Assembly (NCBI GenBank): GCA_965231055.1
Contig: OZ246411.1
Span: forward strand, 180,711 to 244,710
DNA: 64,000 nt
Direction: 5' to 3'
Origin: an uncultured Candidatus Saccharibacteria bacterium
Lineage (GTDB): Bacteria; Patescibacteriota; CALEFQ01; G965231055
Part shown: positions 19,757 through 28,086 of the stretch, piece by piece
How positions within the stretch are numbered: the first letter of the stretch is position 1
How the letters are laid out: each line of letters opens with the position of its first letter
The notes under the pieces: model-generated
Databases searched by the model: none
Told to the model about the DNA's origin: nothing
The model's input: the letters and a program-made list of their open reading frames with translations, nothing else
Translations under genes and position numbers: made by a program

Positions 19757-20359
19757 ATGAAGATTATAAGTAAAAGTAGTGAGAATGAAATGATTTCTGT
19801 TTTTTTAAAAGCAGAGATTAATTCTCCGCGCTTTGGAAAAAATGTAGAATCGGCTATGAGACAAAATGGTGTTGATAGGGGTATTATTGATGAACCGAAC
19901 ATAAATGATCCTGTCGAAAACAGGAAACGGGTGGCTGTGTTGGGTTTTAGAGGATATCCGAATAGGGCATTATTCACCGGTTTTCCCCCTGATGTTGAAT
20001 GGGAATTGGTAACTGTCGATAGAAAAGATCTAGAGAAAACTCTATATATCAAAGATGATTATTGGATTAAGCTCTCAAATGAGACTAGGCTCCCAACTGA
20101 GGCTGCTAAAAATATACGGGCTGGTGTTCAGGTATATGGTCAGAGTAACCAGCAGTTTATTGATACGGCAGAAAAAATAAAATTGGGTGCCGAATTACCT
20201 GAGATGATAATAGTCGGCGATAAAAAAGGCGGGAAGCTCGTGGTCATTGAAGGACACCTACGGCTTACTTCATATATGCTTGCGCCAGATTATATTCCCA
20301 AAGGACTAAAAGCAATTGTTGGCTATTCAGAGAACATGAACAATTGGGAGCTGTTCTGA
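19757..20359 (+). CDS. Hypothetical protein (island cargo)
   Basis: 200 aa with no motif I can assign. Confidence 0.45.
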   Translation: MKIISKSSENEMISVFLKAEINSPRFGKNVESAMRQNGVDRGIIDEPNINDPVENRKRVAVLGFRGYPNRALFTGFPPDVEWELVTVDRKDLEKTLYIKDDYWIKLSNETRLPTEAAKNIRAGVQVYGQSNQQFIDTAEKIKLGAELPEMIIVGDKKGGKLVVIEGHLRLTSYMLAPDYIPKGLKAIVGYSENMNNWELF

Positions 20360-20374
20360 CTTACTCACTCCATT

Positions 20375-20546
20375 TCTTCCCACCAGAAGTAACTCAGATT
20401 GTAAAGCTCAACTAGGATGCTATTATATACACAGAAACTAAAGAGTTACTTCGGACTCATTTTCAGAAGCCCATGTTGGAACATGGAAATCACCATCCAA
20501 TTCGCGAAAAAAGGTTCCGATTGTGTCTACTGTGGCCTGCCAAATT
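20375..20546 (+). repeat. Island repeat X (copy B), ending in a degenerate copy of the tRNA 3' end (GGTTCCGATTGTGTCTACTGTGGCCTGCCA)
   Basis: About 170 nt, roughly 80% identical to 22464-22630. Its last ~30 nt resemble the tRNA-Glu T-arm/acceptor 3' half and end in CTGCCAAA. Confidence 0.65.
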
Positions 20547-20690
20547 TTTCTTGTGGATAAAATAAGCCGAAAATTAAGGTAAAACCCCCGAGAGGGGGAT
20601 TTTTTGTGCTTATTTGAGGGGAAAAGTCGGTCAAGGCAAATTGTGTCTCGTGGGAAGTAATTTCCTTGCGCTAAGGTATATTGTGGCTGA
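20543..20690 (+). repeat. Repeat R2 (copy of R1), with an intrinsic terminator at 20581-20606
   Basis: AAAACCCCCGAGAGGGGGATTTTTT hairpin. The flanks match 18105-18245. Confidence 0.7.
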
Positions 20691-20703
20691 GGCCGTTTTT
20701 TAT

Positions 20704-20732
20704 TTGACACAATTCCATAGTCTTGCTAATAT
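20704..20732 (+). promoter_or_regulatory. Putative sigma70 promoter of the three-gene island operon
   Basis: TTGACA-17 nt-TAATAT. Confidence 0.5.
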
Positions 20733-20848
20733 TCATATGCCGTTGAAATGAATTGCATTAGATAATTACAAATATCAGTATATCGGCTAATCTAAAGGGT
20801 GTATATAGAGTCTAATTTGTAACTTATAAATATTTAACATTTTCCAAG

Positions 20849-21247
20849 ATGACAAAAAAAATAACAATCGATGACTTATATTCAGATGCAGGCTCTTTTG
20901 ATGAAGAAGCTGTGCTGAAAATACTCAAGGGAAGTGTCATTTTTACGCGGAAACATGAGGTGCAATTCACGATCGACCCCTCAAAGTTGAAGACTCGCGA
21001 CGCCGTTCTCTTATACGTGCTTGCAAAAAAGGTTTTGAAGGCTAATCAGAAAATCGATGATGAGATAATTACAAGAGCTGAAATTGTAGCAAAGACGAAG
21101 CTCAATAATAATACAATTGGCGTAACGCTTATGCGTCTTGGCTCTAATAAAGGGAAGCAACTTCTTATGCCCTCCGCCTCTGGGTATGAAATGCCTACAT
21201 TCAAGGTCGCAGAGGCGTTAAAATTATTAACTAACAAAGATGAATAA
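20849..21247 (+). CDS. Small hypothetical protein, probably wHTH-like (gene 1 of the island operon)
   Basis: 132 aa, e.g. TRDAVLLYVLAKKVLK. Its stop overlaps the next gene's start (ATGAATAA). Confidence 0.5.
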   Translation: MTKKITIDDLYSDAGSFDEEAVLKILKGSVIFTRKHEVQFTIDPSKLKTRDAVLLYVLAKKVLKANQKIDDEIITRAEIVAKTKLNNNTIGVTLMRLGSNKGKQLLMPSASGYEMPTFKVAEALKLLTNKDE

Positions 21248-21674
21248 ACCTATGTTAAACGACATTGAAACAAGGGTTACCGATTTGGAAAATCGCATTA
21301 CAGCACTAGAAAAAGAACTTCACTCCGTAGGAGATTCTCCCCAGAAGGATGGTAAGACGCGAGGCCTCAGCATTAATGAATTTCTAAAAGAAAAAGAGGC
21401 AATAAAAACTATTGATATTGTTTTGGCAATTGCTGCTTACCACGAACGTTTTAATGATGCCAATTCTTTTGGTGCGAATGATTTATTTAACCTAATCAGA
21501 AAAGCTAAACGAAAGCAGCCAGCAAACATCAACGACCTTATTAATAAGAATCTAAGTAAGGGGTATTTTGAAGAGGATAATGTTGGTGATGACGGAAAAA
21601 AACGTTGGTATGTTACAAACTCCGGGATGGCAGTTGTTGACAATAATTTCAATCGCAATGAACAGAATACCTAA
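21240..21674 (+). CDS. Small protein with an N-terminal coiled coil and a C-terminal wHTH-like domain (gene 2)
   Basis: Heptad-rich N-terminus (IETRVTDLENRITALEKEL); C-terminal ...DGKKRWYVTNSGMAVV is wing-like. Confidence 0.5.
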   Translation: MNKPMLNDIETRVTDLENRITALEKELHSVGDSPQKDGKTRGLSINEFLKEKEAIKTIDIVLAIAAYHERFNDANSFGANDLFNLIRKAKRKQPANINDLINKNLSKGYFEEDNVGDDGKKRWYVTNSGMAVVDNNFNRNEQNT

Positions 21675-22386
21675 AAAAGAACTCGAATCTGTTGATGTGC
21701 ATGTTTTACCCGATGTACTGAGTATTTCACTGTGGGTGATAGAATATTTAAGCAACGAAGAAAAAGATCGTTTTGGTTCTACGGAAATTTCAAAACATAT
21801 CGTTGATAACTTAGGAGTAAGTACATCAAAACAGGCCGTTCAGGCAGCTCTAACGAAAGCCGCAAAAGAGAAGCTCTGCCACAAGGAATCTGGTAGATTC
21901 AAGTTAATGAAGAGTGGGCAAGATGAACTCTTAAAACAAATGAATAAGGGTCGCGTAACCCTTCTTGAGCCAGGCAAGCCATTTTCGGCTGGTATTGAAC
22001 TCGGTAATATTTTTTCACAAATGGAAGGTGTTGTTCGTATCAGCGATCCGTATGTTGATGAAAAAACCCTTGATGTAATTCACAAGCATTTTTCCGATTC
22101 TAGGCTAACAGTAAGAATATTAACTGCTCAGATTTCAGATGAAGCAAGATTTAAGCGTGAATTAGGGAAACTGCAAGCCGAGGGAATTTCAATCGAGGTA
22201 CACAGGATTAACCAAAGGATTTTGCACGACAGGTATTTTATAGACGACAAACATCTTTGGCTTTCTGGGAATAGTTTGAATAATCTAGGAAAGAAAGAAA
22301 GTTTTATCGTTATGTTAAGCGACGGAATACGTCAGAGCATATTGCAGGCTTTTAACTCAAGATGGCAATCTGCTATGACGATATAA
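21658..22386 (+). CDS. wHTH + phospholipase-D-superfamily (HKD-like) nuclease (gene 3)
   Basis: The C-terminal ILHDRYFIDDKHLWLSGNSLNN matches the HxK(x4)D(x6)GSxN spacing with H-x-R-x4-D-x6-G-N-S. The probable start is MNRIPKK at 21658, 17 nt inside gene 2; the track's 21568 start is a spurious upstream extension. Confidence 0.55.
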   Translation: MNRIPKKELESVDVHVLPDVLSISLWVIEYLSNEEKDRFGSTEISKHIVDNLGVSTSKQAVQAALTKAAKEKLCHKESGRFKLMKSGQDELLKQMNKGRVTLLEPGKPFSAGIELGNIFSQMEGVVRISDPYVDEKTLDVIHKHFSDSRLTVRILTAQISDEARFKRELGKLQAEGISIEVHRINQRILHDRYFIDDKHLWLSGNSLNNLGKKESFIVMLSDGIRQSILQAFNSRWQSAMTI

Positions 22387-22463
22387 AAACGTCGAGAATG
22401 ATTGCTATGGATGAAGTTGTGAACTTATTGTGTCTGACCATAGTTAATTTTTTCCACAGAAAT

Positions 22464-22630
22464 ACTTCTCACCAGAAGCAATCCAGATTGTACAGATCAG
22501 CTAGCGTTGCTATTATACCTACAAGACCTAGTGGCTTACTGCAGATTCATTTCAGAAGTCCAGTTTGGGATTTTGAACTCTCTGTCTAATTCCCTGAAAA
22601 AGGTTCCGATTATGTCTACTGTGGCCTGCC
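22464..22630 (+). repeat. Island repeat X (copy C), ending in GGTTCCGATTATGTCTACTGTGGCCTGCCAA
   Basis: Aligns to 20375-20546. Confidence 0.65.
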
Positions 22631-22653
22631 AATATTCAACATAAACTTAAATC

Positions 22654-22696
22654 TGGTTCGAACTTGCTTGCGCAAGCAAGTCCCATGGCGCTGCCA
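22654..22696 (+). repeat. Partial direct repeat of the tRNA-Glu 3' end (putative attR), interrupted by an 18-bp perfect palindrome
   Basis: GGTTCGAA-[CTTGCTTGCGCAAGCAAG]-TCCCATGGCGCTGCCAA versus the tRNA's GGTTCGAATCCCGATGGCGCTGCCA. Confidence 0.65.
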
Positions 22697-22742
22697 ATTA
22701 AATTTCAAACTTCATCATAAGCAATAATGAGTAGATAAAAAA

Positions 22743-22767
22743 CACCCGCAAATACGGGTTTTTTTGT
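22743..22767 (+). terminator. Rho-independent terminator at the island's distal edge
   Basis: ACCCG-caaata-CGGGT followed by TTTTTTTG. Confidence 0.6.
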
Positions 22768-23037
22768 TTGTAATCTCTTATCCACACCCCCACCCCCTAC
22801 CACAAGAATAGATTCGTGGTATAATCACCTTCACCCACTATCCGGTTTACGGAAGCGGGTTTTAAAACGCTCTATTTCAGGTTTAAATACTGGTTTTTCC
22901 AGCAAAAATCAAAACAAACATAGAGCTCGTAACAAAAAGGTCTCTTCTCACCCTTGAGACCTTTTTGTTTTGTCCAAATTCTGGTATTATTCATAGAACC
23001 CGAGCGACTCCCGCTCATTTTTCATAAGGAGGATGTT

Positions 23038-23427
23038 GTGACAGACATAAAAGTGTATCAAGAATTGTTGGAAGCCTGCGAGAGAAAAGATATCGATACT
23101 GTAAAGCGATGCATGGGAGAAGGAGCACGCGAATTTTTTGAAGCATGCAAGAAAGGCGACACGAAAAAAGTAAAAGAATTGCTTGGTGCCGGAGTAAATC
23201 CAAATATCAGAACTGATATTGGAGCCACGGGATTACACCTAGCTTCATCCAATGGACATATCAAGATTGTCCTCATGCTGATAAAAACAGGTGCAGATGT
23301 AAATGACCAGGGCGCTCCTCCGAAACCAAGATCTATGAATTTCGTCAAAGTAACTCCGCTCATGATGGCAAAACAATTCAAACAACCAGCTATATCGAAA
23401 GCTCTTACCGCAAATGGCGCTCGTTAA
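23038..23427 (+). CDS. Ankyrin-repeat protein
   Basis: GATGLHLASSNGHIKIVLMLIKTGADVN repeats. The probable GTG start at 23038 follows an AAGGAGG RBS; the track ORF starts earlier at 22954. A terminator follows at 23452-23480. Confidence 0.65.
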   Translation: MTDIKVYQELLEACERKDIDTVKRCMGEGAREFFEACKKGDTKKVKELLGAGVNPNIRTDIGATGLHLASSNGHIKIVLMLIKTGADVNDQGAPPKPRSMNFVKVTPLMMAKQFKQPAISKALTANGAR

Positions 23428-23552
23428 ACTCACTCAGAATTATAAAACAAAAAGACCAAGTTCGCTTGGTCTTTTCCTTTGACTAAATCAATCCGAAATG
23501 ATAGAAAGTTATCAAGATCTTTTTTAACCTCGAAAAGAAATGGAGGATATAT

Positions 23553-23942
23553 ATGTGTGGAACTCTAATGGAAGCAGTTCAAGAAAGACAGTACGACAGA
23601 ATTGAGGAACTACTGAAATTATTTGCCAGAGTGGGAGCGGGGGCAGAAATCAATACGTCCAATCTTATCGGAATGACCGCACTGCACATAGCTGCAGAAA
23701 ATAATGATAAACGGAGTATTGAATTGCTGCTTCAGTATGGAGCAAATCCGAGAACGGCAGATCGCTACAAAAAAACTCCCCTACACATCGCTGCAAGAAA
23801 CGGCAATATGGAAATTTGCGAAATGCTGGTTGCCAAAGGAGCAATCATAAATACCAAAGATACGATGAACAACACTCCTGCCTGCATTGCGATCTCCGAA
23901 GGCCATGAAGCGCTTGCCGAATGGTTCCTATCCAAGGTTTAA
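23553..23942 (+). CDS. Ankyrin-repeat protein
   Basis: GMTALHIAAENNDKRSIELLLQYGANP and KKTPLHIAARNGNMEICEMLVAKGA. RBS GGAGGA. A hairpin terminator follows at 23968-23998. Confidence 0.7.
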   Translation: MCGTLMEAVQERQYDRIEELLKLFARVGAGAEINTSNLIGMTALHIAAENNDKRSIELLLQYGANPRTADRYKKTPLHIAARNGNMEICEMLVAKGAIINTKDTMNNTPACIAISEGHEALAEWFLSKV

Positions 23943-24012
23943 TCATCTCGATCATTACGTAAAAAATAACCAGACCCCACAAAGGCCTGGTTTTCTAATT
24001 CAAAAAATATCA

Positions 24013-25608
24013 CTAATTGAATTTTTTATGAGAGATACGAAATATGGGAGTTTCGTCTTCAATTAATGATGCCTCTGCTCCAAAACTAGAATAAAAATTT
24101 TCAAAAAACTCAAGTCTTTCTTTTTCTCCAAGCGTCTTTGGATGTCCGTTTTCAATTTTCACAGGCACAGGATAAACAAAATATGAACTCTCACCCACAA
24201 AAACACCTAACGCCATACCAAAATCAGAAACACCCTCTCCAGCAAAGCTTCCAAGTGAATGAAAAATCAAACTCCCATTATAAAGCTCTGGATTTTCAAT
24301 TTTTTTACTTCTTCCAACGAAAATATCAGCTCCAGCATCAGCAAATTTTCGCCCGATAGACTTATTAAAGTTATTAGCAAAATCAAACAGCACATAAACG
24401 ATATCTGAATCCTGACTTGCTACAAGATCTAGCCCTCTCTCATCTGCTAAAGTAGGTTTGCAAAAAGAAATCGCAATACCGTTTTGCGTTTGTTTTATGC
24501 ATTCGTTTTCGGGAATATCAAAAACTACGGCATCAGCACCAGAAATCATCCTATCCTCTCCCCTTTTGAATTGATCAAGATATCTAAAAACTGAATTATC
24601 TGATTGCAAATCATATTCCTGATCCCATTTCCAATTGGTTTTCACTCCAAACTCACTAGCACCAGGAAAAAGCCCAAACGAAAAAATCCCAAAACCCTTT
24701 CGTGGTTCAATTTCACCTTTTGAAAATGTGAAAAACTGATGACTCGTAGTTTCATCCACATACTGATTTCTATAGTAGAAAATATTTGTGTGGGCATATT
24801 TATCTACTTTTTTATATCCTCTTTTTTCGGAAAGACTCATTAGCGCAAAAATAGATTCAGGAGAATCTATTTCCAAATCAAAAATATTGTCTAGGTCAAA
24901 GTTTTGTATTGTCGTGTAAGAGGATTGATCATGAAACGTAGCCATCTCCACTGGCAAAAAATGAGAAAAATCCACACTCGCAACTACCACCTCATCTGAT
25001 TTCAGATTTTTATCCAGCCACTCCACGAGTTCGTTTATTTTCTCCTTCTTTGTACCCTGCATTATTAATATAGGCAAAATCTTGGAGTCAGGAAAAAAAG
25101 ATTCAATGAATGGGGTATGAGAATATATCGCATGCTCTTTTGCAAAAGTCTGATCCACGGCAGAAGCCACACCACCTTCACTGATCTTTTTTGATAGATC
25201 ACTGTCAATCTCCACATCACCTCTGGTAGTCTTGTAAACGCAATCTATACAAGTCTGTATATCATCTCCCCCTTCTTTAAAATGATTAGGCCCTATGATC
25301 ACAATAGTTTTGGGAGTGGATACTTTTGCGAGACCTTTGTACATTTTTACCATCTCATCAGTAGGCACCAAATGATGCGGAATAACCATTCCAAGCGGAG
25401 CACTGCTAAAATCAAACTCACCCTCTATGTCTAAAATATTGTCCCAAATTTTTGAGTCTCCTGGATAGGCCGAATCAATCACAAGAGGCTCCACACTGGG
25501 AGCCTCTTTGCACGCAGATACTGCAATCACCAAAACACCGAGCAGTATTGCGAAAAATAATTTAGTTAGCAAACTTTTTTGCATTATCTGTACATTCTTC
25601 CTCCCCAC
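24013..25608 (-). CDS. Lipoprotein: MEMO1/AmmeMemoRadiSam-B-like N-domain fused to a degenerate CapA (PGA_cap)-like C-domain
   Basis: Lipobox ...AVSAC. The N-half has VIPHH...IIGPNHF...VVVASVDFSHFL (MEMO-like). The C-half has AGADIFVGRSKK...LIFHSLGSFAG, which parallels CapA's AGADLVIGHHPH...YSLGNF with the His cluster lost. Confidence 0.45.
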   Translation of the reverse strand: MGRKNVQIMQKSLLTKLFFAILLGVLVIAVSACKEAPSVEPLVIDSAYPGDSKIWDNILDIEGEFDFSSAPLGMVIPHHLVPTDEMVKMYKGLAKVSTPKTIVIIGPNHFKEGGDDIQTCIDCVYKTTRGDVEIDSDLSKKISEGGVASAVDQTFAKEHAIYSHTPFIESFFPDSKILPILIMQGTKKEKINELVEWLDKNLKSDEVVVASVDFSHFLPVEMATFHDQSSYTTIQNFDLDNIFDLEIDSPESIFALMSLSEKRGYKKVDKYAHTNIFYYRNQYVDETTSHQFFTFSKGEIEPRKGFGIFSFGLFPGASEFGVKTNWKWDQEYDLQSDNSVFRYLDQFKRGEDRMISGADAVVFDIPENECIKQTQNGIAISFCKPTLADERGLDLVASQDSDIVYVLFDFANNFNKSIGRKFADAGADIFVGRSKKIENPELYNGSLIFHSLGSFAGEGVSDFGMALGVFVGESSYFVYPVPVKIENGHPKTLGEKERLEFFENFYSSFGAEASLIEDETPIFRISHKKFN

Positions 25609-26771
25609 TCAGAAACTACGAAACCTTGTCTTTCTGGAGTAGTTAGTTTTTGAGGAGTTACGTCGATAGATTGATCAAGCCCCTTGTAGTCAAAGAAGAC
25701 TCTGATAATAGTGTCTGGAGTTGGACTTACTGTAAGTGGAGCATAGCGATCAAAATCTGATTGAGGCACAAAGGTTATAAAGTAGTATGGTTTTTCTGTT
25801 AATTTTGGAACCCAAAATTCTTTGAAATCAGCTATTTCTTTCTCATTTAATCCCAAGACTTTCAATTTATCGTCAAAGAATCCACTCACATCCTTATTTG
25901 AAACTACAAATCCTTCATCCGGAGTTTTGAAGTCTCCGGAAAATCCTTCCCAGAAAAGATATTTGTAAAAAGTCTTGTCGGCTATGTTGTATATTTTCCC
26001 ATCTGGCTTTGCGATAACATTCCATCCGTTTCCGATTTGTGGATCCGAGATAGAAACCCCATCAGTAGGTTTTACATTTACAAATACTTTTGATGTTTTT
26101 TCTGGATATAGGTAAATAACAGGTTTTGCGAATTCTACATTTCCATCCATGAAGAAAATTGTTCTTTTTTCGCTCTTACTATTACCATCTTCGAAATATG
26201 CCTTGAATTCATATTCGTTTGTACCCATTACTAGGTTGTTCCAGTCTTTCTTGGCACGATAAGTGAAACTAGTATCACCTTTTTTGAAATCACTGAGTTC
26301 GTAAGTATCTGTTTTTGGAGTCTGACCCGTGGCATGCTCTGAATCCAAATCCATTGTAATTCCTTTTTTCGTAGCTACAACAACTATCCTAGTTGTGTTT
26401 GGAGAAACTGTTCCTGTAAATGTTACTGGTTCCTCCATAACTCTTTCTTCATTTGCAGGTGAAGAGATTGTTATAAAACTAGAACCGGTATACGCAGTTT
26501 CTTCTTGTTCTTCTACCTCTGCAGCTTCTTCTGCCTCTACTTCGGAGACTTGTTTTAGATTATTAATTTCTTTTTCAAGAAGACTAATTCTATCTTCTTG
26601 TTCTTGCTTGTCTTTTACAAGCTTGTCTTTTTCTACATTTCCGGTGTATCGGAGCACTCCCCAAGTAACTCCCGCCGAGATAGCTATAGCCAAAACAATC
26701 CATAGCCAAGTTAAACTAGGCCTAGATGCCTTTGGATTAGCCAATGGCTCCCCTAAGTTTTGCTCTTCCAT
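25584..26771 (-). CDS. Membrane-anchored hypothetical protein (TM, coiled-coil/acidic linker, ~250-aa extracytoplasmic domain)
   Basis: TM segment WLWIVLAIAISAGVTWGVL, then an acidic EEAAEVEEQEE stretch. Confidence 0.5.
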   Translation of the reverse strand: MEEQNLGEPLANPKASRPSLTWLWIVLAIAISAGVTWGVLRYTGNVEKDKLVKDKQEQEDRISLLEKEINNLKQVSEVEAEEAAEVEEQEETAYTGSSFITISSPANEERVMEEPVTFTGTVSPNTTRIVVVATKKGITMDLDSEHATGQTPKTDTYELSDFKKGDTSFTYRAKKDWNNLVMGTNEYEFKAYFEDGNSKSEKRTIFFMDGNVEFAKPVIYLYPEKTSKVFVNVKPTDGVSISDPQIGNGWNVIAKPDGKIYNIADKTFYKYLFWEGFSGDFKTPDEGFVVSNKDVSGFFDDKLKVLGLNEKEIADFKEFWVPKLTEKPYYFITFVPQSDFDRYAPLTVSPTPDTIIRVFFDYKGLDQSIDVTPQKLTTPERQGFVVSEWGGRMYR

Positions 26772-27137
26772 TTGTTTTTTTGTTTATTTTTTTAAGTATT
26801 TAACTAATTATACCATTTTTGGGACCGATTTTCAATCAATTTACAAAAAAATCCCCTTTAACCCCCCGAATAGCCAAGCCAAGGTTTTATGCCATCTTAC
26901 CCCTCCAAAGAAAGACAGCAAACTATTCGGGAGATTAAAAAGGATTTTAGTTTGATTGTGGTTTCAAAGATATCCACAACATTCACAAGTTTTTAAAGAA
27001 TTTTTGTTAGCCGTCTCTTGTGAGTTTAAGTTCCTCATTTCATCTCTATTTTTCTTCATCAGGCGACGGCGCAAATTCACAATATATCTCCATTTCTTCC
27101 CTTATACTAGCAAAAATATGGACAAAGTCAATATGTA

Positions 27138-27872
27138 TTAGCCCTCATTTTTATCCCAGTAATTAAAAATATTTTGGAACTCGTCATCTTCCTCCATAAT
27201 CTTCTCTATCTCTCCCCTCAGATAATCTGCCTTAGTCTTTTCGGTGTTCTTTATTTTCCAAGAAAGATACTTTTCAATTCTAGGAGTAATTCTGAGCGTG
27301 AATTTTATTGATGGCTGATCAAACTTGGTTTTTCTCTTAGCCATCATCTGCACCTTCTTCATAATCTTCTCGTGCGCTATGGCGTTAGCCATTGCTATCC
27401 CTATCTGCCGACAAAATCCTTTCAGCACCTCTCTTTCTTCTTCTGGTAGAAAATCCTTTGTAGTACCTAAAAGTAAAACACCAGCTACACCAATATTGCC
27501 TTTTATTGGCATGCTAATATATCTATGAGCTCTGGGCGGCATATTATTAACGATTACGCACGCTGATTTTGAAACCGTAGGAAATAAAAAATCAGCAAGA
27601 TTAGAGCTTTCACATATACTATTTTCCACAACAGATTTACCCAAAAGGTTTTCATATTTAGGATAAAGCGAGGTTGTGTGTTTATTAAAACTCAAACCGG
27701 TAAGCCTCTCAATATCAATCGGGCCTAATTTTGCATTGTACGCATATGCTCTTAAAACCTTTCCGTTTTGCTCAACAATAAAAAAAGCCGCTGTTACATA
27801 GTAATCAGTTTCTTTTACAATAAGATCCATGATTTTTCTTGAAGCCTCTTTGAAATCCAGATGGCCTGCCAA
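27138..27872 (-). CDS. GAF-domain protein
   Basis: Central GAF-like fold pattern; the C-terminal tail is charged. Confidence 0.45.
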   Translation of the reverse strand: MAGHLDFKEASRKIMDLIVKETDYYVTAAFFIVEQNGKVLRAYAYNAKLGPIDIERLTGLSFNKHTTSLYPKYENLLGKSVVENSICESSNLADFLFPTVSKSACVIVNNMPPRAHRYISMPIKGNIGVAGVLLLGTTKDFLPEEEREVLKGFCRQIGIAMANAIAHEKIMKKVQMMAKRKTKFDQPSIKFTLRITPRIEKYLSWKIKNTEKTKADYLRGEIEKIMEEDDEFQNIFNYWDKNEG

Positions 27873-28086
27873 AATAGCAGCTGCTTTGTCTTCTAAAAAA
27901 TCTCTTACTATATGGAAATAATTATATACCCAAACATCCTTAGTAATGATACAATATTATTAATAAAAAACAAACCGTGAATCTATAAAAAACTAAAACA
28001 AACTGAACAGATACAAAGAGACAAATAAAGAAGATTAAAACATTTTAACTAAAAAATTTAAGTTTTATTTTATCAGTGAATAAAAA

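Noticed and set aside
19757-20359. The 200-aa island ORF as a cryptic tyrosine integrase.
   Set aside because: Only a fortuitous GHLRLTSY stretch resembles the HxLRH…Y box. The protein is far too short, and the R…K…H…R…H…Y catalytic pattern cannot be traced.
21568-21657. Upstream 30-codon extension of the wHTH-PLD gene, overlapping the preceding gene by about 100 nt.
   Set aside because: The internal ATG at 21658 (MNRIPKK) gives the short 17-nt stop/start overlap typical of this operon. The longer form would require a long two-frame overlap.
22362-22589. 75-aa ORF spanning repeat X copy C.
   Set aside because: It lies entirely within a repeated non-coding element also present at 20375-20546, where no equivalent ORF exists.
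26329-27141. Plus-strand ORFs of 208 and 61 aa.
   Set aside because: The first is antisense to the N-terminal part of the 25584-26771 membrane protein and is Ser-rich low complexity. The second lies in an AT-rich spacer without an RBS.
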